Source: the human T2T-CHM13v2.0 reference genome, Homo sapiens
Assembly: GCF_009914755.1 (NCBI RefSeq)
Contig: NC_060930.1
DNA length: 64,000 bases
Strand: one strand, 5' to 3'
Made by a program: the position numbers and the translations under genes. Positions 17,151-35,208 of this stretch are shown one piece after another; position 1 is the first letter of the stretch; every line of letters starts with the position of its first letter. Below the pieces are notes generated by a model. The model did not search any database. It was given only the letters and a program-made list of their open reading frames with translations, and had not been told where the DNA came from.

Positions 17151-19242
17151 GACTAGTATTAGATGAAAGTCATTGTCAAAGACTTTCATACCTGTAGATG
17201 AGATAGAAATTTACAAAAGCATTTAGAATAGCTTTAAAAACATAAAACCCAGGTTTCTGGATCAATATCAATTGGTTTATATGTTAAGAGTAATCTTATA
17301 TACAAAAATTGGATTAAAAAAGGACTAAATGGGCCATAAGAATTACTACTTAAGAAGCCTCTGAATTGCACAGGAAACCAGAATGATTTACAAAAGCTGT
17401 GGAATTGCTAAATTAAAAATTCTCCCTTTTAGAGCAGTTTTAGTTTAACAGCAAAATTAGTAGAAAGTAAAACAAACAAACAAAACTCTCCCAATTATCT
17501 TTTTCTTCAAGTCTTTTAGAATTCCCCTGTTGATAATCAGATTATAGATTTTTAGCTAAACTAAACTTTGACTTTCCAGTATTTTTGTATCTACATGAAG
17601 CCCAGGTTGAAGATCTTCATGCTAGATTCTTTATGGGCAAAAATTCTACTGATATTTGCAGAATTGTTGGGGATGAACTAGTTAAGGTTCAGATTGATCC
17701 AAGGCTTTTATAATATCCTCCAAAACCAGAAGCTACGAAAGTTCTCAAGTCAATAGCTAAAAGCCAAGTAGGCAAAGAATATTAGTCATACATTATACTG
17801 GTCTTTGTACCACTCCAATTCATTTAGCCAAGAAAATGAATGGGTGAGGATATAGATTGTTCAGGACCTTAAGCCCAAATAAAAGTCAATCTCTGCTTTC
17901 CTGTGGTACCAAATCCCAATACTATTTAATCTTCAATGCCATCATTATAAACTTTGTTCTGCTTTTTTTAGTGTCCCTTTAGATTAAAAATAGTCAATAC
18001 CTGTTTATTTGTTTGTTTTCTCCTAGGAAAGTTAAAATATTTACCTGGGCAGTTGAAGGTTTATGGAGTCACCCTTCCATTTTTCACAGGTGCTTAACAA
18101 GGAACTTCAGTACTGCAAATTTTTCTTAGTATGTTGACTAACTTTTGCTATGTTCTAAAGACAAGTTGAGCTTGAAGGCTGATTTTGATTTACTTAATGT
18201 TCTAGCTCAGAATGGTTATATCATTTCCTGCCCCCCAAAATTACAATTTTGTCAAAACACAGTGCATTATCTGGGACATAATTTATCCTAAGGGGAGTAC
18301 ATTCTTCACCACTGATAGGTTACAAGCCACTCAAAATTTTCCTAGACTGATTACTAAGAAATAATTAAAAGGTTTTCTAGTTTTCACTGGCACCTGCAAG
18401 CAATGGATTCCTAGCTTTTAAAAAATCATCTCATCTTTATGTGACTTATTTAGTCCTTGGTAGCTGAAACTGTTTTCTGGGAATCTATATATTAATAGGC
18501 ATTTTGTGACATAAAATTACGTCTTCAAAAGCCTCAGACTATGGGCCTTTCTAATTATAAACTCTCTACCTATTTGTGTATGAATGCTCTGGGAAATCCC
18601 TTAGTGTTCTGATCCAAAGCCATGGGAATAATCACAGACAAATTACTTATTTCAGCCTTTCCCTAGATCCATAATCTTGTGTAAGCAGCAGCAGCAGCCA
18701 AACAAGTGGAGGCTTCACTGACTGAGTTTTAGGATCTTTCTTAAGCTTGATGTTTTTTTTTTGCGGTGTGTAATCTGTGTTACTTACTGAAAATACATCC
18801 CATTTCTCAGCAAGCAGGCTTAACTCCTGAAATTTTATTACTTTCTCCTTCACCAATTCTGTCCATTTTTGTAATATTTTAAATCCTACTAACCTCTTTC
18901 ATTACCCAAAGGAAGGTAATCCCACAATTGTTTAGCTTCGTTCAATAACTGACTATGTTTGAACAGGTTTATTATAAATTGCCCTAGAATATTCTGATTC
19001 AGTAATGTTTGTTGATGGGTCATCTCTTACCTCTGAAACTGGAAAATATCAGGCAGTGTATTCCATGACAAATATCAATTCACTCCTAAAATATACCTAA
19101 TCAGAAGTAAATTTAGCCTTGATGGTAGAATTTTTTGCACTTGCCAGAGCTTGACAATAGCCAAAGACAAGGTTGATTTATACCCTCAGAGCAGGTAAGC
19201 CACTGGATAAGTCTACAATTTTGGAATGCTTTGGAAACAACA

Positions 19243-19935
19243 TTTTAAAAATTGTAGTGTCTGTCTCTATATATTACTCTATATCTGTATATATAACCGT
19301 GGCATTAAGTACATACACAATGTTGTGCAACAATTACCACTATCTATTTCTAGAACTTTGTCATCATCCCAAACAGGAACTCTGTACCCACTAACTGTTC
19401 CCCACTGCTCCCAGCTCTTGTAACCTGTATTCTACTTTCTATAGCTATCAATTTCCTTATTCTAAGTAACTCATATAAGAGGAATTACATGGCATTTGTT
19501 CTTTTGTGTTTGGCTTATCTCGCTAAGCATAATGTTTTCAAGGTCGCATGTATCAGAATTTCATTATTTTTTTATGTCTGATTAGTATTTCATTATATGT
19601 CTATACCACATTTTGTTTATCCATTCCCCTGTTGATGGACACTTGGGTCGTTTCCACCTTTTGGCTATTGGGAATAATCCGGCCATGAACATTGGTGTAC
19701 AATATCTGTTTGAGTCCCTACTTTCAATTCTTTGGAGTATATACCTTGGAGTGGAATTTCTGGGTTATATGGTAATTCTATGCTTAACTTTTTGAGGAAC
19801 AGCCAAACAATTTTCCAGAGTGACAGCACCATTTACATTCCCACCAGCAATGCATAGGGGTTCTAATTTCTCTACAACCCCACCAACACTTGTTATTTTC
19901 CATACTTTTGACAACAGCTATCCTAATGGGTGCAA
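19243..19935 (-). mobile_element. L1MB-like 3' fragment inserted in ERV1 RNase H region
   Basis: gtggcattaagtacatacacaatgttgtgcaac, gatggacacttgggtcgtttccaccttttggctattg. Confidence 0.85.
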
Positions 19936-19973
19936 CGTATTAATAAATGTTTTTAATCTTAGCAATTAACCAT

Positions 19974-20352
19974 TGCTATGGAATTGTGTCCCTCCAAAAT
20001 TCAAATATTGAAGTTCTAACGCCTAATATGATGGTTTTTGGAGGTAGAGCCTTTGGGAGGAAATTAAGTTTAGATGAGATCATGAGGGTGGAGACTTTTT
20101 GATGGGATTCATGCCCTTATAAAAAGAGGCACCAGAGACCTTGCTTTCTCTTCTCTACTGAGGAAGGCCATGTGAGCACACAGAAATATGGCTCCATCAA
20201 CATGCCAAGAAAAGAGCTCTCACCAGAACCTGCCTATGCTGGCAGCCTGATTTTGGATTTCCAGGCTCCAGAACTGTGAGAAAATAAATTTCTATTGTTT
20301 AATCCACTCGGTCTGTGGTATTTTGTCATGATAGCATGAGCTGACTAAGACC
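19974..20352 (+). mobile_element. MLT1A (MaLR) solo LTR
   Basis: tgctatgg...gtgtccctccaaaattc...ccagaactgtgagaaaataaatttc...ctgactaagac. Confidence 0.88.
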
Positions 20353-23300
20353 CCAGATAGAAATGGTTAACAGATTAAATAAATTTTAAATATTCTAGAA
20401 CTTCCTGACAGTTGGCTATCATAAAAGTTGAAGCTATGCAAAAACATATAGCATGGAGTTAAAGGAAATGCCTACATAATCAGTATGGCAGGCAGATAGC
20501 CCTCACTAAGATTCTGGGCACTATGATAATCCTTGAAGCCAATTCTTTTGAAAAGTTGAAATAAGCTATTGTAGAATGCCAGTGATTGACCCCAGAAACT
20601 GAAAAGAGTTACTGGAAAAAATCTGGTTGTAAATTTCAAGAGGATATTCTCTGACACTTTAGAGTAGATACTTGATGATACCAGAGGACCTCAACTGAAA
20701 CCTTGCCAAAAATTTTACATGAAATCATCTACTACAACAAGGACAAATTGATCACTATAGTCAGTCAATGTAAGTGAAGAAATTTTTACTAGGATTGCTG
20801 AGGGTGTCTCTGGTAGATGTCTATAAATGTACTATATGGACAAGAACCCATACCAATTTGGACAAGAACTTCGTGTCAACGTCTTCAAAGAGTCTATATA
20901 ACCTACTTTCTTCTATGGGTTTTGAATATGTCCTGATCAGTATTTGCTAATGCTTAGAGTGAGCTGAAATATTTACTTGCTAGAGAGCTGTGGTTCTGAG
21001 AGTATCAAACACATTGTTGTGTTCTCAACCTGGAATTCCAATCCCTCCAGTGATACAACACTCATCTTACTAGGACTGTTAGAAGATTTTGTAAAGCTTT
21101 GTACTTACTCAGAAACTTCATTGTGCCTATCACTCTCAAACCATAGGTAAATTAGGTAGGGCTAATCATATTTTAAAACTCAAACTTGCAAAATCATCTG
21201 ACATTTTTTGTCTCCCTTGCCCAAGGTTATTCACTCTGGCCCTTAAGACAATGAAGTTAACACCTCCCAGCAGTCATTGCCTCTTACCACATGGACTTTT
21301 AAAAGGTCATACTATGAGACTGGCTATTTCTTTACTAATTTTGGACTGTACTTCAGATATACATCTCAGATTAATTAGACTCAGAAATGAGCTAGACTCA
21401 GAAAGGGAAAATGTGGAATGCATTTAATACCTGTCTCTCATGTTTACAGACTTTACCAACAAGGTTTCCTATGTAGGTAAATCTTTGGATTCTTTATAAA
21501 ATATAACATTTCATCTATTTCATGACATCCTTACTGCATGTTCTCCTATCTGGCACCTAATTATCTCTAAAGAGTGTCAAAACCATACAATACAATTTAG
21601 CGTCAATGAAGGGGTATTTTGGCCGAGAGCTTGTTATTTGGGAAGCCCCCTACCACAGGTATTGAATCTGTGGCACAAAAGCCTTTTGAATATTATCAGT
21701 AACTTAGACAGGAACTTATCTTTGTAAATTAATGCTTGTGTCAGGCTACTCAGGTAGTCTTTGCTATCACTCTGGCTACATTTTGATTGCTATTTTTCCT
21801 TCTCAGAAAAAGGTAACTACACAGCTTGTTTCAAAGAAGAAAATAACTATGTCTTTACTAAGATATGAAACCGTAACTACACAGGGAAATTATAGATGGT
21901 TTTCTTCTGCTTTCAAGCCTCTTTATATCACTTTTTATTAGAGGCATGGATGATGGGGAAAATATTAACATGTTATGGTTCAGATATTGAAAGGAGAGTT
22001 AGACAATGTCAGTAAGTTCATAGAAATCAATAGAACACCTTCTCTGTTCAAAAATAGAGTCCATAGACATAAGTGGACTGTAGAGGTATTATGTGTACCA
22101 TTTTAGGAAAAAGAATATTCTTTTTACCCCCATAGATATTTCTGATAATTTTAATATTGATAAGAAGGTCCAGGAAACCAATAAGAACATTATAAAATTA
22201 GGTAATTTGACTAAAATGCACATATTTAGTCTATAGGCTTTTTGGTGGATGCAGTCTGTTTTCTGGATTTAGTTTAGTTTGGCCACCCCTGGCTCTTGGC
22301 TTATGTGTAGATTACAGAATCTGTTCATAGTATTCTTGGTATTTCACAGTGGTACTACAATGTTCAAATGTGTAATCTCTAGCATCTTAAATGCTTTTCA
22401 TAACCACTGTTCCATCAAATGATAATCCAACAAAAAGAACAAGGAAACCTGGTGTATGCAGTGGTTGAAATGACCACCAACAGAATTCAGGTATGTAATG
22501 ATGACTGTACAAACATCTATGTAATCATCTCCCCCATGTGATAACCATCTGTTTTCCAGATCAGGCTGAAGAATGACCATGATGGAGAATTGAGAAACAA
22601 GACCATCTGCATCAACAGGAATTTGGTAAGATTTTAGACTATGTCGACCTGACCTAGTTGTTTGTTCCAGGAAAATTTTGTCTGGGAGAGATAAAACTAT
22701 AAACCAATATATAAATTCACTGTTTGTTTCAGAACTTTCCTACAGACCAATTTATTGGACATAATCTGGTGACCTGGGCATCTGGTGACCTGGGAGAACT
22801 GCTCACTTATCAAACAAGGGCTTATTTTTTAAGATTTGCTTCGAGACCCTCACTGTGCTATGTCTACTAATCCTAAATGAATATACCAAAAACTTTTATC
22901 CAATCCTAATCAGTTCCCTGTCTTGAAAGACCTACCTTAAATCACCTGGGTTCAGACCTCACCATCTTATAACAATCTCAGTGCTGATAGCCTTCTTTTG
23001 AGATACTGCTAAAACTTTCTCAAGATGGTGTTCTCCTTTAGTGCAGAAATTCCAAATAAAGTTGGTTTTGCTATATTAACAAGTTGTTGGGTGACATTTT
23101 TGGAAGTTTAGCAAAAATCTCTATAAACATCTTTAGGAAAAATAAGGTTACCATTTCTTATAATGTTTAGATTTAATATGTTGAGGAGATTACTTCAGAA
23201 GTTTAGAAAAACTACTGATTTTAGAGATTGAAAAAAAATTATTATTGAATTTTTAAAATTTCTCTTTAAAATTTATTCAAAAAGCAAGTATATTATGAAA

Positions 23301-25994
23301 GTTGAATAAACCAGAGCTGTTGGCATGTGAGGGTTAAGTAGCATTGTTTGTAGTTGTAAGACGTTATTTCTACACATTAAAAAAAAAAAGTTTCAAGTTG
23401 TAATTTAGGTGAAAAAAGAATCAATTGCTGTGGCTTATTCAATGCCCAAAATTTCCAAATGAAAAATAAGAAAAAATGTGCAAGCTATTGTTGACAATGT
23501 GAAGAGAGGTATTGGGAGCAAAATGAAAAGAACTTTAAAACATTGAGCATTAGAGGGTATTTAAAAGAAAGATAACATTTGGGAAAAGGTTTGATTGAGA
23601 TAAAGTTGGTTAAAATTTGTCCTGTATCTATCAAATTGAGTATTGATTTTGTGCATGTATATATTGTGCTGACTGAAATTAAAATGATAAAACTTAGAGA
23701 TTTGGAAACTAGAATAGGGGAAAAAAAGAGGGCTGTAGGGTGACCTAAATTTCAGTTAGATACTACTGACTGCAAGTAGTAAAGGGACTATTTAGATTTC
23801 AAAGGAAAAATAAGAAATTTAGCTAGGTGAATTAATACTGTAACTGACTTTAAATCAAAAGAATATGGATTTTTTACATTGTACTTATTTGAAATAGGAG
23901 TTATATAAACTTACTCTTTTATTTTGATTTTGTTTACGCTGTGCCACTCCAAATGTTCCGACTGTGTTAGGAAAGAAAATGATTCAGAGAAACTCTGATT
24001 GATTAAAGCAGCATTATGAGTAGTATTCTGGGTGTTTTAGAAACTAAAACACATTAGTAAAACTTATTTTTTGAAAAAGAGTATAAATTTGGTCATTTAC
24101 TGGCTTAGTAGTGATTTTCATTTTAGTGCAATTATGCTTATATTCTTCCTGAAATATCATTGGATATTATCATAACATACCACTTTTATAATCTCTGACT
24201 CTCAAAATATCTTTGAGATAGAGATAAAAACTTGCTACACTTTTAATGAAGTGATGATCATTGAAGTCAATAGGTTGTACATATTATACACAATAGAAGC
24301 GTTTTGCAAATCCCTCTCTGTATTTTCTTCATTGTTGATATATGTTATCAACAAGAGTATTATGCAACTGGAAAGCAAAATTCCTCTTTATAGATGCCAC
24401 ATTTTAGGGACTGTAAACAGAATCACAAATCAGTGGTACCATATGCTGACAATACTTCTTTGGTAGAAAGCATCTCTATTTGCCATGATTATGAAGAATC
24501 ACACTTTTTGTGTTTCAATACTTGAGAATAATTATAATAACCAGCAACTCAAGCTTTTTTAAAAAAATGTTTGTTTGTTCTGCCTTCTATCCTGTCATGT
24601 CATAGAATGGTTGCTTGTTCCTAGTAGGGCCACATACTGCTTCATTTATGATCAATGTGACAGAAAGCCTTCCTTCCTACATCAGGATCAAAAGTCTTCC
24701 TTTTGAACCACTCAGATGAGTTGACACAGTGTGCTAATTGGCTTAGGCCTAGAAAATCTGGTCCAGTGACTGTGGGATGAAGAATGGAATTACCAATTAC
24801 CTGGGGCCAGTGTAGGACTCATTCCTAGAACTGGGATCATTAGCTCCTACCCATGGAGCTAATGGTGCCAGGAATGGATGTTGGGAGAACAATCACAACA
24901 TAATACTGCCTGTCTCCAAACTGATGTCTATGATGCTTCTCTATAATTAAATGTTGACCTTTCTCTTCTTTCTGTTTATTGAAATACTCATCTTGTAAGG
25001 ATAAGGTAAAGATTTATTTTCTTGCTACAAGACACCTTCTTTGACTCTTAATCCTCATTATCTATTTTCTCTGTTGGACTAATATTTTATACCATATAAT
25101 ATACAGCTAGATTATATGCTGCCATTTAAAGTTGACTCAGCTAATTTTTAATAGGTTTAAGGCACAAATAAATAACAAAGAATACTCTTATTTTTACCCT
25201 GCACTTGTTTCATGTGAGTACCTTTTGTTTTTCAAGCCAGGTTGTATACTCTTTGTGACAGCTGTTTTTCCCTTGTTTTCTGCTGTGCCTTACAGAGTTA
25301 GGTTCAGAGTAGAAATGGCAGACTATTATTGTCTAATTCTTAATGGTCCAAAACACAGAACTGCTAATTATTGCTATGTTGTTGGTCATTAAAATTTTAA
25401 AGCTTAATTTTAGGTATTATATTTGGTTTTATCTTAAAATGATATTAATTTTAGTTTAAAAAACCATTAAAATTTTAATTTAATCACATAATAGTCTTAG
25501 CTTCTTATGTTTTAACTAAATATATATTACAGAGGAATGAAGACTATATATGAAATTATTTTAAATTGCAAAAAGATTCTCAGCTGTGCAAGAACTGTTA
25601 CTCAGAGTCTCTTGAGTGCTTAATAAATATTTTGTCTCATTACTGTCTAGTTCATGTTTGCTTATCCATTGGAAAATTAAAATAAATCTCCTAATTTTCA
25701 TAATGATTTTATAATATATCAATCTTCTTTATAACTCCTCCGAGAAAGGATGGTCAATGAGGCATTCTGTAAAAGAAGGTTAAAGGTTTTGTTATTTTAA
25801 ATCTGCATATTAAGCTCATAATTCGAAATGCTTATGGTTTTCTCAAGTTCCTTCTAATGGCTGTATTGTTTTATTTACTCTGCTTAATGTAACTTCTAAA
25901 TAAATTATGAGTTATCATAAGCTTTCTCTAAAATATGATGATTTTGAATCATAGAAAAATGATTGATGTGCTGTAAATTATCATTCTTAGGAGT

Positions 25995-26170
25995 AGGGAT
26001 CTTTGGAGCCGTGCAGGGATCTTTGGAGCTGTGTTTGAATCCTAACTGAATGACATTAAACATTAATTGGATGACACTGGGCAAGTTACTTAACTTCTCT
26101 GGTGCCTCAGCTTTCTCATTTGTACAACAGTGATAATAATAGTACCTACATTATAGGATTCTCATGAAGG
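25995..26170 (+). mobile_element. MIR SINE
   Basis: MIR core gggcaagttacttaacttctctggtgcctcagctttctcatttgtacaa...gataataatagtacctac. Confidence 0.8.
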
Positions 26171-26989
26171 TAAAAGTTTGGTTTAACTTTATTTCTGCAT
26201 ATGAGTTGTATGCAAAATGTCATCATAGAATTACAGAATTAGACATGGCAAAACCTATTTGCTCTTTATTGAAAGATGACTATTCTTAAGTACTACTTAA
26301 GTTAGCATAAGTAAAATGCCTAAGTTATAAGTATACAAGGGAATCCTTTTAGAATTCAAAGGAGAAAATACAGCTACCATTCACTAGGTCTGGAAGCAGG
26401 ATTTGGAAAGCAGCAGAAATCAAGGCAGCTTCTCTCCCTCTTTTTCCCTCTTTATTGTGGGCTGTAAGGACTCTCTGCTAAGCATCTTTTTGTGTAAGTC
26501 TGCTTTATGATTCTCTGTTTTTCCAGATACCCTTCCTCTGTTCCATTTGCTCATGAGCCTGACTTAGCTACCTCACCTTGGCACTGTATCCCTTAAGTGA
26601 ACTGCCCATCAGAGATAAACTAGAATTCTTGTATCCTTATAACTGATTTTGGGACAAATCATAATTTGTCCAGCTCAGACAAGTTACCCACAATCATCTA
26701 GTAAACTAGGCCAAGGGGAGGGATAACACAGCCCCCTGTCCATTCAGAAGGGGGTTTGGGGCCCACTATTCCTAGAACAGGCATTGACTAACAGGGAAAT
26801 TGACTAGCAAGTTCTGTTTAGCTCTGTTTTGAAGATGGACTTAAAAATTTAACAGAAGGAATGTAAAAACAAAGTAGAGAATATCTGTTAATTAATTTCC
26901 TAATCAATTTATTTTTAAAGTGACTTACATACATTTTCACTGTTCACCTTTCCATGTGTCCCCTTAGCCTCATGTCTGGCACATGACAT

Positions 26990-27385
26990 GGAGGATGGTG
27001 GCTGTCCTGTCTACTCCTTACATCATAGGAACAGGGGATGGGTAAAATGGAGGCCCAGATGTCTAAATATTTAAAGTTACAAATCAAACTAACAGATTGT
27101 TGAATAAAATATGTTTTATCCTATTTCTTTTACAAATTGACCTTCATAATTATTAGAAAGGCCAGATTTAAAGTTAGGGATCTCAGACTCCATGAGGTTC
27201 TATGCTCAAATGAGGTGGCTTACCCATTTTTCTTTCTACTGCTGGCTCTGTGAGGGACTTACGTCCACATATATGCTCAACTTGGTCCACCTGTCCAAAC
27301 TCTTTGCAGGCCTTAGAAACTGGCTCTAAAAAGTGCAGAGCTCAGGTCCGTGTTCCCTCTTACCTGAGCCTAAAGACAGTTCAGG
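26990..27385. mobile_element. Probable hAT-Tip100 element (MER115-like)
   Basis: aaatatttaaagttacaaatcaaactaacagattgttgaataaaatatg core and a degenerate terminal repeat; family from memory. Confidence 0.4.
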
Positions 27386-28583
27386 TGGTGAAAGGAAGTA
27401 TGTATATCCATTAGATTATGATTCCAGGTGTCAATGAGATTTATCATTGAATGAAAATAAGGAGAGTATTTAATTTTCATAAAGTGGGAGGTTTATGTCA
27501 TTAACTAAGAAAGGCCAGAGAACATTGATTATTAAATATGGAGGTTTTACTTTTGCATTTAATAAATGGAAAATATAGAAAAAATATTAATCATCTCTTT
27601 TTTAAAGAAGTCCAAAGCACAAGAAATGCAACAATTATACTTCTTGATATCAATTGTTAAGAAAAAGTTAATAAATTAGACAATGTAAAAAGTGGATTAG
27701 TATTTCATGGAAAACAGAAAAAAGCGGGGTTACAACCTTAGTTTCAGACAAAACAGACTTCACATCAACAAAGACAAAAAAAGACAAAGGGCATTACATA
27801 ATGGTAAAGGGTTAAATTCAGCAAGAAGAGGTAACTTTCTTCAATATATACGTGTCCAATACAAAAACACCCAGATTCATAAAGCAAGTTCTTTGAGACC
27901 TTTGAAGAGACTTAGACTCTAACACAATAATAGTGCGAGACTTTAACTCCCCACTGACAATATTAGGCAGATCATCGAGATAGAAAACTAAAAAAGATTT
28001 GCAGGAGCCAAACCCAACTTTGGATCAAGAGGACCTGCTAGATATCTACAGAACTCTCCACCCAAAAACAACAGAATGTACATTCCTCTCATCACCACAT
28101 GGCACTTACTCTAAAATTGATCACCTAATTGGAAGTAAAACACTCCTCAGGAAATGCATAAAAACTGAATTAATAATAAACAGGCTTTCAGACCACAGTG
28201 CAATCAAATTAGAACTCTAGATTAAGAAATTCGCTCAAAACCACACAACTACATGGAAATTGGACAACCTGCTCCTGAATAAATCTTGGGTAAATAAGGC
28301 AGAAATCAAGAAGTTCTCTGAAAATTATGAGAACAAAGAGACAATGTACCTCAATCTCTGGGACGTGGCGAAAGCAGTGTTACGAGGGCAATTTATAGCA
28401 CTGAATGCCCGTATCAAAAAGCTAGAAAAATCTCAAGTTTACAACCTAATATCTCAACTAAAAGAGCTAGAGAACCAAGAGCAAACAAACCCCAAAGCCA
28501 GCAGAAGACAAGAAATAACCAAGATCAGGGCTGAATTGAAGGAGGTAGAGACATGTAAAACCCTTAAAAAAATTAATGAATCC

Positions 28584-29622
28584 GGGAGAGGTGTGGTAAG
28601 ATGGCCGAATAGGAACAACTCCAGTTTGCAGCTCCCAGCATGATTAACGCAGAAGACAGGTGATTTCTGCATTTCCAACTGAGGTACCTGGTTCCTGTCA
28701 CTGGGACTGGTTGGACAGTGGGTGCAGCCCACGGAAGGCGAGCTGAAGCAGGGTGGGGCATTGCCTCACCTGGGAAGCACAAGGGGTCGGGGGATTTCCC
28801 TTTCCTAGCCAAGGGAAGCCGTGACAGACTACCTGGAACAAGGGGACACTTCTGCCCAAATACTGCACTTTTCCTAAGGTCTTAGCAACCGGCAGACAAG
28901 GAGATTCTCTCCCTTGCTGGGCTCGGTGGGTCCCATGCCCATGGAGCCTTGCTCTCTGCTAGCACAGCAGTCTGAGATTGAACCGCTAGGCGGCAGCCTG
29001 GCTGGGGGAAGGGCATCCACCATTGCTGAGGCTTAAGTAGGTAAACAAGCAGCTGGGGAAGCTCAAACTGGGCGGAGCCCACCACAGCTCAACAAGGCCT
29101 GCTGCCTCAGGACTCCACATCTGTGAGCAGGGCATAGCTAAACAAAAGGCAGCAGACAACTTCTTCAGACTTAAACGTCCCTGGCTGACAGCTCTGAAGA
29201 GAGCAGTGGTTCTCCCAGCATGACATATGTGCTCTGAGAATGGACAGACTGCCTCCTTAAGTGGGTCCCTGACCCCCGTGTAGCCTAACTGGGAGACACC
29301 TCCCAGTAGGGGCCAATAGACACCTCAAACAGGTGGGTGCCCCTCTGGAACGAAGCTTCCAGAGGAAGGATCAGGCAACAATATTTGCTGTTCTGCAATA
29401 TTTCCTGTTTTGCAGCCTCCGCTGTTGATACCCAAGCAAACAGGGCCTGGAGTGGACCTCCAGGAAACTCCAGTATACCTGCAGCTAAGGGACCTGACTG
29501 TTAGAAGGAAAACTAACAAACAGAAAGGAATAGAATCAACATCAACAAAAAGGACATCCACACCAAAACCCCATCTGTAGGTCACCAATGTCAAAGACCA
29601 AAGGCAGATAAGAACCACAAGG
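28584..29622 (+). promoter_or_regulatory. L1 5'UTR internal promoter (long, pre-L1PA3 form)
   Basis: YY1 site aagatggccg at 28598-28607; length about 1040 nt; CpG-depleted. Confidence 0.85.
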
Positions 29623-30643
29623 AGGGGGAGAAACCAGAGCAGAAAAGCTGAAAATTCTAAAAATCAGAGTGCCTCTTCTCCTCCAAAGGATTGCAGCTCC
29701 ATGCCAGCAATGGAACAAAGCCGGATGGAGAATGACTTTGATGAGTTGACAAAAGTAGGCTTCAGAAGGTCAGTAATAACAAACTTCTCCAAGCTAAAGG
29801 AGGATGTTTGAACTCATATCTAGGAAGCTAAAAACCTTGAAAAAAGCTTAGATGAATGGCTAACTAGAATAAACAGTGTAGTGAAGACTTTAAAGACCTG
29901 ATGGAGCTGAAAACCATGGCATGAGAACTTCATGAAGCATGCACAAGCTTCAATACCTGATTTGATCCAAGTGGAAGAAAGGGTATCAGTGATTGAAGAT
30001 TAAATTAATGAAATACCGCGAGAAGACAAGGTTAGAGAAAAAAGAGTAAAAAGAAACAAACAAAGCCTACAACAAATATGGGACTATGTGAACCAAATCT
30101 ACGTTTGATTGGTGTACCTGAAAGTGATGGGGAGAATGGAACCAAGCTGGAAAACACTCTGCAGGATACTATCCAGGAGAACTTCCCCAACCTAGCAAGG
30201 CAGGCCAACATTCATATTCAGGAAATACACGGAACACCACAAAGATAATCCTTGAGAAGAGCAACTCCAAGACACATATTGTCAGATTCACCAAAGTTGA
30301 AATGAAGGAAAAAATGCTAAGGGCAGCCAGAAAGAAAGGTTGGGTTACCCACAAAGGGAAGCCCATCAGACTAACAGCAGATCTGTTGGCAGAAACCCTA
30401 CAAGCCAGAAGAGAGTGGGGACCAATATTCAACATTCTTAAAGAAAAGAATTTTCAGCTCAGAATTTCATATCCAGCCAAACTAAGCTTCATACGTGAAG
30501 GAGAAATAAAAGCCTTTACAGAAAAGCAAATACTGAGAGATTTTGTCACCACCAGGCCTGCCTTACAAGAGCTCCTGAAGGAAGCACTAAACATGGAAAG
30601 GAACGACCGATACCAGCCGCTGCAAAAACATGCCAAATTGTAA
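29623..30643 (+). pseudogene. L1 ORF1p pseudogene
   Basis: Start codon reads AGG; internal stops and frameshifts; C-terminal frame MKEKMLRAARKK...QKHAKL* intact (30302-30643). Confidence 0.9.
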
Positions 30644-30706
30644 AGACCATCGATGCTAGGAAGAAACTGCATCAACTAACAGACAAAATAACCAGCTAAC
30701 ATCATA

Positions 30707-35208
<4,502 letters not shown>

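Larger units (their letters stand above)
17600..21300 (+). pseudogene. pol: Decayed gammaretrovirus-like pol of the old ERV1
   Basis: Remnant motifs across frames: YR..QDL, VVPNPNTI, LCSAFFSVPL, QYLF, ESP..FSQVL, YVD*LLLCS, FVDGSS, FGMLWKQ, QKLHCAYHSQTIGKLGRANHILKLKLAK. Confidence 0.75.

Noticed and set aside
23120-27700. Host gene exons in the AT-rich unique stretch
   Set aside because: No open frame with credible splice sites or protein similarity; small exons cannot be excluded without alignment.
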